A program made the translations under genes and the position numbers. A model generated the notes under the pieces. The model ran no database searches and had not been told where the DNA came from. It saw nothing but the letters and a program-made list of their open reading frames with translations. Shown piece by piece: positions 52,261-64,000 of a stretch of 64,000 bases of DNA (positions are counted from its first letter, which is position 1; every line of letters starts with the position of its first letter). Origin of the DNA: the human T2T-CHM13v2.0 reference genome, Homo sapiens; the NCBI RefSeq assembly GCF_009914755.1, contig NC_060925.1, one strand, 5' to 3'.

Positions 52261-53770
52261 GAATAATGAGCCATTACAAGTAGCATTTCACCCTCTATGT
52301 TTGAGAAATGCTTCATACAGTAGCATGTACAAAATGTATGTAAATTGATAAATAGCATAAATTTTAAAATTTTATAAAAACTTAGTCCTAAATAATTTTG
52401 TCATGATTTTGCAATGAATTTTTAAAAATTAAACTGAAGTAATAATGTTTAACTAATGCAATTTTTTTTGGAAATGCTGGTACAGTTACTGTTCCCAATC
52501 ATATTTTTCCAAAAGAATTAGGGTTGCCAATCCAATGAGATTTTTGTAACTGAATGTAAAAGTGTAAATATGTGAAATGAATGAAATGTTATTAATGAAT
52601 AAATGGTATAAAATATCTATATACTTCCTAAATTAAATATATCTAAAATTATATAGAAATAGAGATAAAGAGATCGGGAGATATGTGATAGATGATAAAT
52701 AGATAGATCATGTGAAATGCATGACACTATTTGCCTTTATAGATGATTTATATTCATTATTCTGAATCATCTTTGAAGGAATAAAATAATCTTGTGATAA
52801 AGCAAAGCACCTTTCTTTTTAAGAAATATATTTAAATATTTAAGATAATTGAAACTGTATGTTCAGTAATTTACCAATATTTTAGCATATAATACACAAT
52901 AGTTAAGAGAGTCTAAAATGGCACTGTACATTTTTGTATTTTCGCAGGAATTTATAGTCTCATTATCTTGTCAGTTCTTTCAAAGTTCATAGGTTAATGC
53001 CATCCTGGCATCAACCATGCCTTTAAGTTAACAAAGTACTTTAATTGTAGCTATAACTTATTCCTTGTAGTTTAATATCTTTGTGTAGAGCAAAACATTA
53101 AAATGAGAACTACAAGAGGTCAATGTCTGAGATCCTTGGTTCATTGCTGGAATAAAAATTAGTATATTTCAAAGTCTGTAAAAGGATCTAAAGAAAGCTA
53201 ATTTTACCTAATTTTCAGAGTTAAAAAACACAGTTGGTCTTAGTCTAGGAATTAAAAAATTTCTGATTTTTGAATTGTTTTACATGATTTGTGGCAAATC
53301 AGTAGTAGGAGTAGATAGCTATCCTATGAAAATATATGTTTAAAAATGTAAAAATATTATTTTGTGCCTATTACAGTGTTCTATCATGTAATCTAGAGGT
53401 TTTAAAGAGCAGAGGCTCTGGTTATAATGGACAATTGATTTGAAAGTCACTATCTATGAATTTTTTTGAAGGTTATTCTGGAATTCCAGTTTATTCTCAG
53501 TCACAATTATTTTCTCAATAAAATGGCCATCAATGTTACTGTAACAATTCAATTTTTTTTAAGTTTTCTGCAATTAGGAGCCATGGAACACATAGTGTTC
53601 AACACCATTCTTCCTGGATAAAAAATAATCATGTTGTAAAACAAAATGAGGCCAAGATGCCACTATTCTGACTTATTGTTTACTTTGATTTATTTCATCA
53701 ACGAGAATCATATACAAATTGATAAGTAAACAATGTTTTTAAAGAGAATATTAAAAGGTGTTTCTATCTT

Positions 53771-54576
53771 TTTTTGTTTGTTTGTTTTTTTAATTTTTTT
53801 TTATTATACTTTAAGTTTTAGGGTACGTGTGCACATTGTGCAGGTTAGTTACATATGTATACATGTGCCATGCTGGTGCGCTGCACCCACTAACTGGTCA
53901 TCTAGCATTAGGTATATCTCCCGATGCTATCCCTCCCCCCTCCCCCCAACCCACCACAGTCCCCAGAGTGTGATATTCCTCTTCCTGTGTCCATGTGATC
54001 TCATTGTTCAATTCCCACCTATGAGTGAGAATATGTGGTGTTTGGTTTTTTGCTCTTGCGATAGTTTACTGAGAATGATGATTTCCAATTTCATCCATGT
54101 CCCTACAAAGGACATGAACTCATCATTTTTTATGGCTGCATAGTATTCCATGGTGTATATGTGCCACATTTTCTTAATCCAGTCTATCATTGTTGGACAT
54201 TTGGGTTGGTTCCAAGTCTTTGCTATTGTGAATAATGCTGCAATAAACATACGTGTGCATGTGTATTTATAGCAGCATGATTTATAGTCCTTTGGGTATA
54301 TACCCAGTAATGGGATGGCTGGGTCAAATGGTATTTCTAGTTCTAGATCCCTGAGGAATCGCCACACTGACTTCCACAATGGTTGAACTAGTTTACAGTC
54401 CCACCAACAGTGTAAAAGTGTTCCTATTTCTCCACATCCTCTCCAGCACCTGTTGTTTCCTGACTTTTTAATGATTGCCATTCTAACTGGTGTGAGATGG
54501 TATCTCATTGTGGTTTTGATTTGCATTTCTTTGATGGCCAGTGATGATGAGCATTTTTTCATGTGTTTATGCAGCC
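53771..54576 (-). mobile_element. 5'-truncated L1PA2-like LINE-1 with a perfect 15-bp TSD
   Basis: ORF 54008-54562 is the ORF2 C-terminus; L1PA2-type 3'UTR (GCTAGATGA..AGTTAGTGGGTGCAGCGCACCAGC); TSD AGGTGTTTCTATCTT at 53756-53770 and 54577-54591; endonuclease site TT|AAGA. Confidence 0.96.
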
Positions 54577-55707
54577 AGGTGTTTCTATCTTAAGTAATCT
54601 GTTAGATTGGAGATTTCCAAATTTGCTGCCTATAAGACATGCAAAAACTTAAAAAATATATTATTTCAAGAAATGGAATATACTGCAACAAAGCAGGAGA
54701 ATCTTTTGAGATTAGCAATGAAACAAAGTTGCCCACCCAGGAAAGTAAGTGAGTGGCAGTAATGCCGAAATACCCTGATGGAATTAAGCCTTCCATGTAT
54801 AGAGCCTGCACAGAGAAGGAGAAAGGAGAGACCATGAGCTAAGCCTTGGACTAGTGCTAGGAAGAGAAACTACACCTTAAAAATAAGGGAATCAGAAAGA
54901 GCTACATCTTGAGGAAAATCATTAACTTAAAAGATAGTTTCCTGTGTGCTCTTAATGGTAGATTAAAAGACAAATAAAAAAGGTCCCCCCTCCTTTCTAG
55001 TATTTCAAAGGCATTAACTACCTTATGTGTGTTTAGGGCCTGAATGTTTACATCCCAAATCATCCAGTTGAGATGATACTTCAGGAAGTACCAGGAAAAG
55101 TCCAACATAAATCTTCTTGGATAAACACACCCTAATATACACATAGGGTATGAGTGATGTTACCTGTGTGGAGGGTATGTGGGTCTCCACTCCAATGTAT
55201 CTTTGAACTTCTGTAGAGAAAATTTCAACAAATGTCAGCCCGCAAATAGTAAAATCACAAGCACAAGAAAGTAGGAGGAAATTCAAAACAAATGTTTACA
55301 CAGTAGCGAAGTGCTTAGCAAGTTTCAGCTAATTTATTTTTATGGCTTTTATCAATTACATCATAATATACTGGAGTTGATTTCATATAGGCAGTGACAC
55401 AGTAATTAATACGGATTTTTCAATCAGAGAGAATCAGAGAGCTATGTAATGTGAGGTGGCGGATAAATGCAGCAGTGTTGAAATGAAACTACCTAATTTA
55501 TTTTCATAATTAAAGGGTAGTAATAAAAAAGACACTAATTTAGCTTCAATCGTTAAAGAGATTCTTTGGAAATGCTGAAAGAGAAAAATGTCATCAATAG
55601 CAGCCCCAAATGGAAAGACCATGTAGCAAAAAAAATTAAATAAATAAAACATCTTGTTTTCTAAAAGCCCCCACAGAGTTTTTAAACAAGTAATTCTCAT
55701 GGAATTA

Positions 55708-55800
55708 ATATATGTGCGTGTGTCTATATATATATGTGTGTGTGTATATATATATATATATGTGTCGGTATATATATATATATATATATTATATGTGTGG

Positions 55801-55850
<50 letters not shown>
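55708..55850. repeat. Compound (TA)n/(TG)n microsatellite
   Basis: Read directly from the sequence. Confidence 0.95.
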
Positions 55851-55855
<5 letters not shown>

Positions 55856-56029
55856 GTGTATTCTCAACAAGTTTCAATGCCTTTGTAGAGAGATTGTAGA
55901 GAGATGTTAGTTGTAAAAATGTTGATAGATAGATTGCTGGTAAAAATCTATACCCCCCAAAAAGCTCAATATAGACTGTTTAACATGGACTGAAGTATTT
56001 CACATGTGCCAAATAATTTTGTTTTCATT

Positions 56030-57660
56030 TTGCTTACTTACTCACACATCATTCAAGCATCTTTATTTAACATTTAGCATGCACCTTGCACTGTTGTAAC
56101 CACTGAGGATATGGCAATAAAACAAAGTGCAAACAATGTCATTAGCTTCTTACATTTGCGTGTTGAGGAGGCAGACAAAAGATGTAAAGAAATGAATATA
56201 TATTAGATGCAATAAGTGTTTTTGAAAAAGAAACAGTAAAGGAGAATAGAAAATTACAGGATACTATTTCATATAAGTTGCTAGAGTAAGACTCCTCTGA
56301 TAAAGCAGCATTTGTTCAGAGACCAGAAGTAAGCTACAAAACAAAAACTAAGCACTTTAGCAAAAGAGTGTTATATCAAAAGGAACAACAGGTGCGGACT
56401 CTCGGGCAGAAGCAGATTCAGCATGTTTGCAGAATATCGAGTACGTCATTGGGGTTAAAGCAGAGAGTTCTCCGGAACTACATCATGGGGAATCTTGTGG
56501 ATCATTGTACTCTAAGTTATTTTGAATGAGATGGGAGCCATTGGAGAGTTCTAAACAGAGTAGTTACATGATCTGACTTAGGCTTTTAAATGGTAATTCT
56601 GGCTGCACTGAGGGGAAAAAACAATGGAGAGAATGGGACAAGGGTGACAATAAAGAGAGCAGATAAAGAACTACTGCAAATGCACCAGTAAGAACTTATA
56701 AAGGTTTAGATCATGTTGGTAGCAGTGCCAATAGACAGAAGACGAACAGAAAGTACAGTACAAGAAAAAGACAAATGTCAAAGAGGACTGAATGATTTTT
56801 GGCCAAATTAACTGAAGAATGGAACTACATTTTAGTTAGATGGGAAAGACTTTTGGTGAGGGAAAACAAGAGTTCATTTGGACATTGAAATGGTGATGTT
56901 GAGTGGAGAATTTGATTTTCACCTTTAGAATTCAGGAGAGAGCCCTGAGTTGAAGATATACATTTAGTTGTCATCAGAAAGAAATGTTATTTAAAATCAC
57001 GAGAGATTATGCTCTTACCTAGGGCGTGAATTTACATAAAAGAGAAAAGAGTTTAGAACACTGGGATCAAGGCTGATCAAAGTTGAGAAATCAGTAGGAG
57101 GGGGAGAAACCAGTAATGAAGTGTAGCAAGAAGCATCCAGCGAAGTGGAAGGAGAACAAGTGAAGAGTGACGACTTTAAGTGGAACAAAAAAATGTTTCA
57201 AGAGCAAGTTATGATCAACTTTGGCTATTGCTTCTTCTTGTTTAAGATATTACCTTGAGAACTAAAAATTGTATTTACTACCTGGAAGTCATTTGAGACC
57301 TGCACAATGACTGTTTTGATAGAATGTTTAGGGATAAAGCTTGACTAGTCTGAATTTAAGAGATAATTAGTAGAAATAAAGCACATTCATTGGGGAGTTT
57401 TACTGTAAAGGTAGCAGAGAAATGCTGCAGCAGCAATAAGGGGATGTAAGGTCCATTTTGTTTAAAATAAGAAATGCTGTACCATGTTTTATGATCTTGG
57501 ACTAAAAAGTAAAGATAGATAATTGATGATGCCAAGATCAGAGGATACAATTGCTGGAGTCTTGTCCTTGAGTAAGTGGAAAATGTATAAATGGAAGGAC
57601 TGACTTTAGCTGGGATCATGAATAGTTCATAGAAGGCAGATGATATGGATATAGCTATGG
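56030..57660 (-). mobile_element. L2a fragment
   Basis: CCTCTGATAAAGCAGCATTTGTTCAGAGACCAGAAG; GGAGCCATTGGAGAGTTCTAAACAGAG...ATGATCTGACTTAGG. Confidence 0.82.
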
Positions 57661-60279
57661 ATTTAAACTACATGCAACATAACCCAGCATAGTTGTGCTC
57701 ATTCACACAATTGTCCATTCTTCTTGGTGACTATTTGGTAAATGTTTTAAAATTTGACATCCTTATATAGGCCAATGAAGAAGACAGTATAAAACAAAAA
57801 TTGAAGTGCATTAAAAAGTAGACTCCAGATTCTACATTTTCTGGAAAATAACTAAGAATAAAAAAGTATACAGTTAGGATAAAGTCACTTAAAATCTATT
57901 TGCAAATTTAAATTATTTTAGTTTTCCCACATTTTGAATTGATAGATTTGCTGTAAGAAGCATTCTGGAATTTTTACTATTCTTCCTTCACATGTTTAAA
58001 AGAAAACATTCTAATATGTAATACAATTTAAATAGTCTCCTTTTGGATAGACGATACTCCTTCCAACATTTGTGTTAATTTATAAGTTTGTAAAAATGTG
58101 TTCTACTATTGGTCAGAGTGCAACTACAAAACAAGAAACAAAAGAGTAAATAGAGAAACAGACAAGCAGGAAGAAAACTTCAGCCACCCTCCAAAGACAC
58201 ATTTTTCTCTTTCTAACTGCCCTCTACTCCTGCCTTTTTTGTACACTTGATTGTGTTTTTGTTCCTTCTTCCTGTGATTTTTATGTTTTATGCTGGTAAG
58301 ACAGCTCCAGGGTCAGTCCCAGCCCATCATGTGCATTTTAATGACTTGGGATTGAAACACCTGGCATTTATTTTTGGTAGTAATTGGCAGATTATATAAC
58401 CTACTAACATTGTAATTGGTAACATTACACAGCTCAGGATGTTTTGAAGCTAATGTTAAAATGTAATTGAAATGTAAGTATAGTGGCAAGTGTGGTAGAT
58501 AGCAATGCATTCTAATATTTTTCTATTTAAGAAACCCTCAAAATAAAAAAGCTAGTTAAAAACAATTTAAAAACTTAGAGCAGATTCCTATCTCTTCTCA
58601 CTGGACATTGATTAGCTAATGCATTAATCTAGTAATTACATTGTTTGGTTTTATAATGTTTCATTACTATTATTATTATACAGTAATGTTTATCTCAAAT
58701 TCATTGGTGAATATTACCAGACAAGAAGGCTTCCAACATTTTTTAAAATCTTAAGGTTTTTATGTTAAGGGCCTTTTTCATATTTTGGTAATGTGTTATA
58801 TCTCTGCTGCATTAAAGGTAAAATAAGTGCACATTTTCTGCATGGAAATCTTTATATTCAGAAGCTTTTGTGTTTTTTTACTTATACAATAATATGGGAT
58901 TTTTCTTTTGGCAAAAGAGAGTTTACCTTTCTTAAAAGATTTCGCAATATTATGAAGCATTAATTCCATATATCATCTTATATTTTCTGCAAATGTTTCT
59001 GCTATTACCAAAAATAACTAAGTAAAATCAGCAGCAAGAGAATTGTGCTTTATAGATTAAGTTCAGCATCAAGTTGGCACTATCACCTCTTCGGGTCATC
59101 ACCTTTTTTACGGTGATTGGCATATCTGATCTGACATTTCTTCAGCCTGCCTTTTGATTGGCTAAATTTCTCAGTTAGCCCTCCCAAAGGCACAGCCTTG
59201 GACCCTGTGCTTTGTCCAACAGCTGTGCTTCCCAAGAGCAGCTAAGCATTTTCATGAGGAAAGGACAGAGAGGTTAGAAAAAAATGTCAATCATCTCTAC
59301 TTGTATTGAATTCCCTGCTGCACTAAAGATAAAGAGAATACCATTTAAGTGACTTCAGCATAATTTCTGTTATGTCTATTTATGTCCAAATGGAATTGTA
59401 TTGCCTGACCTAGTTTAACTAACATAATTTGTAGATTCACAGGGTTATTTTCAACAATTCCAAGTATACCTTAAATTAGTAGATTCATAAAAAGCATATG
59501 AAAATAAACTTAACCTCTTAGAACTTGATCGCATAGTGTTTCTAAAATATTTTGTGTATGCATGTATTTTATTAAACTATTACAAAATATAATGGTTTTA
59601 TGAATAGGACTTTGTCTTTCCTGTTAGAAAATGTCAATTATTAAAGTCAAATAGCAATTTTTTCCCAATGACACAAATGGGGCTTTTCAAATGATATATT
59701 AAAAATTAGCATGTAAAAAGGGCTTGTCTCCTCATACATAGCTTTCCTGGAAATTTATGCTTAGAGGTAAAAATATAAGATACACAAATCATGTAGGAGT
59801 AGTCGCCTCTCTTTCTGAATTGTTTCGTATTATTTTTCTTGGTAATTAGAGACAAGCATTGAACTAAAACTTATTTTAGCTTTATTATTAGTATTTATGT
59901 TTCCAAAGTGTTACAATATTCACAGTAAGGAACAAAAGAAATTTATTTAACACAGATAAAATTATTATTAAATCTATTAATATGGAATTATTAATGTCCT
60001 ATGCAAACAAATGTACTTTTGTCAATATCTATATTTACCTATTTTTTCTGAAACAATTCAGTATTGATACAAATGAATTGCAATCACAAAGAACATTAAT
60101 ATAATTAAGTCACAATGTAATAAATATTTTCATCTTTTACTGCATACATTTTCTAATTGGCTTTTTTTTCTATTCATAAGGATTTCAAAAAGATCTGGTG
60201 GGAAAATATTTACTATAAACACACTAGTGACTTGATAAAATAAATTATTTTGCTATTAGAGGGAGGAAGGATGGAAAAG

Positions 60280-61750
60280 GCTGCTCACTTCGTTAGAGAG
60301 CTGATCTAAAATGCATCACCTGTCACCTGTGCAGTCCCCGTTTGACAGTTCAATACTTCCTCATCTTCTGAGAATGGCATTGCTGAGCTCTGAGTAAACT
60401 GTGCCTGTATGCAAACTGTCAAAGAGAGCCTGACACATCATTAGTACTGACCTCCATGATGACAATCACAACATGAAACCAAACAGCACAGCTAATTTTC
60501 ATTAGAGTTCAAATTAATCTCCAAATCTTTCCATCCAGCTCTGTGCAAAGCATGTCCCAGAAAGAAGGCATTTCATGAACTGTGTGATAGACTGACAAAA
60601 TCCGACGCTTAGAAATCCACATAAAAGTCCGCATTCTAAAAGGCTCAATACGATTCTTTTTATAACTCAGGCAAAACGCAGCCTTTGCGACCAACAGTGG
60701 AATTAAATTAGTTTGTGGTACCTCACAGCAAGGATTACAAGTTGCTCAATCTCAGCAGCGCTGCTGCTTTAATTCCCTTTCAGATCAGATGCTTCAGATG
60801 AACACCAGCTGCCACAAGAGGCACGTAGCTATGGCACGGCTTGCCAAGCTTTCTGATGTTTCCTTGCCCAGCTGCTCCCTGACCTTACTTAAGCAAGGAG
60901 TTCATGGGAAAGCGCACAACACTTGGCCCTGATATGAGAAAGTCAGCGAGGGAACAGGATCAGCAAGTGTCACATTGAAACACTGTGCAATGATGCAAAT
61001 GAACCAATTTTCTGGCTTTTGCTCTTCGAATCTCAAAAAGTTACAGAGCTAGGTCACTTGAGGAAAACAATCTTCCTCCCACCACCAAGACGGTCACAAT
61101 AGCACATTACTTCTGCTCTCACTGTGTTATAATCAAATGAATGACCTTTGGTCCTGACCAAGAGTTCTTACTAAAGCTATCGACACATAGAGCGTTAAAT
61201 TGTCATGTTATACATACAGAAAATGTGATTCTCTGAATATTTGTTCAGTTCAATATGGGGAAAATGAATTTTAAGGATTAAAGGATTGGTTTTAAATACT
61301 TAAAGTGCTTATTTTTGTATCCTGATACATGAATTGATTTCTTGCAGAACAAAGCCAAATTTTCTCAGCAAATTATATCCGGCACCTTTGGAAAAGCATT
61401 AAATCCTTGAGGTAGCCTTGATCCTGTTGCTCAAATTACTGCTTCAGTGCATCAAAAAGACACCTGTTTAGTTGCTCTGGGTATGCAAAACAGAAGATCT
61501 ACAAAGTATACTAGAAAGTAACCTCAAGCACTGAGGCATAACCGTGGGATACTGAAGGTCAAGAGCAGCCAACTATTCGGAAATTTAGTGATCAGATATG
61601 GAATAGCTCATTTTGTGCAAAGGCGCTGGACAGCTGGTGAAGGAAAATGGCACAACTACAAACAGTGACAGGCTCTGGAGACAGCGACTACATTAGCAAC
61701 AGTGATGTATATACAGTGATTCATATTTTTTCCCCTTTCAGCCATCCCCA
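60280..61750. promoter_or_regulatory. Candidate conserved non-coding element/enhancer
   Basis: No recognisable repeat, more balanced base composition, retained CpGs, and clustered E-box, TGACAG and TAAT motifs. Conservation cannot be seen from the sequence alone. Confidence 0.45.
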
Positions 61751-61861
61751 CATAAATAGCAACAGCATCAGCAATAATAACTAAGCTTGAGATATGAAAC
61801 ATCAATGATATATTTTTAATTTTCTCCACTTTGGGATATTTGTCATAATTTAATTGAAGCC

Positions 61862-62055
61862 ACATGGCATAATAGAAAAGAGCTCTGGGCTTTGAAATCA
61901 GATAGGCCGTGATGTAAATGGTGGTTTTGACTCTTACTTATTTTGTGACCTTCAAATGGCTACTTAAACGTTTTTATATACAGTTCCTCCACTGTATAAT
62001 AGTGTTAATAACACTCACATTGCTTGACTAATATGTGAATTAAAAGTAATATACA
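61862..62055 (+). mobile_element. MIR
   Basis: GGCATAATAGAAAAGAGCTCTGGGCTTTGAAATCAGATAGGCC...TGTGACCTT...CAGTTCCTCCACTGTA. Confidence 0.75.
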
Positions 62056-62699
62056 TATGATAATAAAGAGACAGTATCACTGGAATGTCTAGTGGTAATT
62101 ATCGATTTGGGTTGGTAAATCTAGATTTCCTCAGAGCGTAACATTCTGCTAGATACTTGAACTAAAATTTAGATAAACTGCTAATAGAGTGATAAGGGTG
62201 TTTCGACTTTATTTTTAAGGGTTGAACACTTAGTTTTCTCAAAGCACAATAGTTATCTAAGTCAAAAATAATTCAAATCCTTTATTTACCCAGTTGTATT
62301 TTTTTCATAAAACATTAAGATGATTAGTTAGTGGTACATGCCTACCAAAAAGAGGAGCTCAAGATTTCTTCATCCTTTTATTCTTTCTCTTTCGATGGGT
62401 CAAATCAAAGCACAAGATACTAAGACTGAGTTTGTTTCTATACCTTCGGAATCGCCCACTCTCCCATTACAGCCTCTCGTGGGACTCATCACACTGGAGC
62501 CTTAGTCTTCCAAGAAATGAGCACAAAATTAGGGCCTACTCAAATATGAAGGGGTACATCTCTGAGAAGGCCTAAGATTAATGGATTCATCTAGATCTGC
62601 CCTAAATATCGAAAAAAAAAATGTTTTTTTCTTTACTTTAGTCTCCTTATACCTCTTTGTTCTGGTCTTTCATTCTAACCGAATCCTAATTTTTTGAGG

Positions 62700-62890
62700 G
62701 CAATGATTTGATTGAGCCCCTATTACCTAAAAGATACAGTTCTAGACTCTGGAATATAATGTTAAACAACAAGCTCAAACAACAAACAACAAACTTCCTG
62801 TTTGCATAACTTGTATTCTAGTGGAGAACGTCGAAAATAAATAAATAAATAAATAGATGCATATCAGTTAAAGTGCTATTAAGAAAAACA
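62700..62890 (-). mobile_element. L2 3' end fragment
   Basis: ATTGAGCCCCTATT...CAGTTCTAGACTCTGGAATATA...CTTGTATTCTAGTGGAG. Confidence 0.55.
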
Positions 62891-63467
62891 ACAATATTAC
62901 ATCAGATGGTAGAACAAAAATAGTAGTAGAAATCATGGCTATAATTCTTTGAGGTCTTACTGTGTGCAAAATATTGTTTCTGATATACTATTGACAGAGA
63001 AGGTAAATATGTACACAGAAGATGGAAGGATAACAGTGTGCCTGGGGATAATGGGGATGTGGTACGGAGGGTTGAAATTATTCTGCACAAAATCCCCCAT
63101 GGAAGTAGGAGGATCTGGCATTAGCAGAAAAAGCATATAATAGAGGGCTAGATACATGGAATTTGAGGATTCAGATGTCCCCTCGTCAATTCATTGCAGG
63201 TCTCACTAGAAGCAAACTATAATTAATAAAAAGCTATCTCCACTTTTAACTAACTACTCAGAGCAATATATATTTTGATAAAATATTCTAGTGTATAGGT
63301 CACCTACTGTTTTTTTTTTCTCCTTGTATAATCAACACTATTTTTCTTGTTAGGCCTAGTAGAACATACTTTTCTAACTCACATAGAATATTCCCAATAT
63401 CATTATGGTGCTTAGAAATGGAAACAACTTTATGTCAAAGACCATTATAAAGAGTTTCAATTGCCCC

Positions 63468-63657
63468 TTTATTTGTTTTAATTTTTAATTCTTTATTTTT
63501 AATTTTTGTGAGTACATAGTAGGTGTATATATTTATGGGGTACATGAAATATTTGTATACAGGCATGCATTGCATAATAATCACATCAGGGTAAATGGGG
63601 TATCAATCATCTCAAGCATTTGTCCTTTGTGTTAAAAAAATCCAATTATATGCTTTT
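63468..63657 (-). mobile_element. L1MA2-like 3' end fragment
   Basis: TTTTGTGAGTACATAGTAGGTGTATATATTTATGGGGTACATGA...CTCAAGCATTTGTCCTTTGTGTTA. Confidence 0.85.
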
Positions 63658-64000
63658 AAATGATTGTTAATGAAAGAGGCTAAAACACTTTCAAAATGAG
63701 TGGACATGTAGGTACTAAAATATATTTTTTATTTGTTTTAGAAGACATTTTTAGACATTTTGTTCCAGAGAACAAAATCATAGATATATATGCTTTTACC
63801 CATCAACTCTATCACATTTTACAATTTTTCCATAATTACTTTGGAATTTTTTAAAGAATATAACACAGATTTAGTTGAAATCCTTTATATTCCCTTTCCA
63901 GATCTCATTTTTATCCTCCTAATGGAAAGAGAAGAGCCACCTGGATATGGTGTCTACTTTTCCTATGGATCTTTTAAACTCCTATTACATCAGTAGGCAC

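Noticed and set aside
55434-55899. 147-aa and 81-aa ORFs
   Set aside because: Open only because they cross a dinucleotide microsatellite.

Overview
AT-rich mammalian genomic DNA. Young L1PA2-L1PA5 copies and AluS/AluJ elements point to a hominoid, most likely human. I recognise no protein-coding host gene, tRNA, rRNA or CRISPR array. The long ORFs in the track are L1 ORF2 remnants, one ERV-L gag remnant, or chance ORFs inside repeats. About half or more of the window is transposon-derived: L1PA3/L1PA4-5/L1PA2, a near full-length L1PB4, L1MA/L1M, L2, MIR, four Alus, MaLR (MST/MLT1), ERV-L (MLT2 plus internal fragments) and DNA transposons (Tigger, MER45A). Subfamily names come from remembered consensus sequences and need RepeatMasker/Dfam confirmation. 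The strongest observations are: (1) a twin-primed 5'-inverted L1 with an intact TSD, sitting about 20 bp from an older, oppositely oriented L1, so the two form a ~1.07-kb inverted repeat; (2) an L1PA2 with a ~12-bp 5' micro-inversion; (3) a patchwork templated-insertion scar at 42.8 kb with a homologous copy 1.8 kb away; (4) an ERV-L/MaLR composite with non-matching terminal LTRs; (5) repeat-free, CpG-retaining, enhancer-like islands; (6) several + strand exon-like splice signals that may belong to a spliced lncRNA. I found no convincing new protein-based system.
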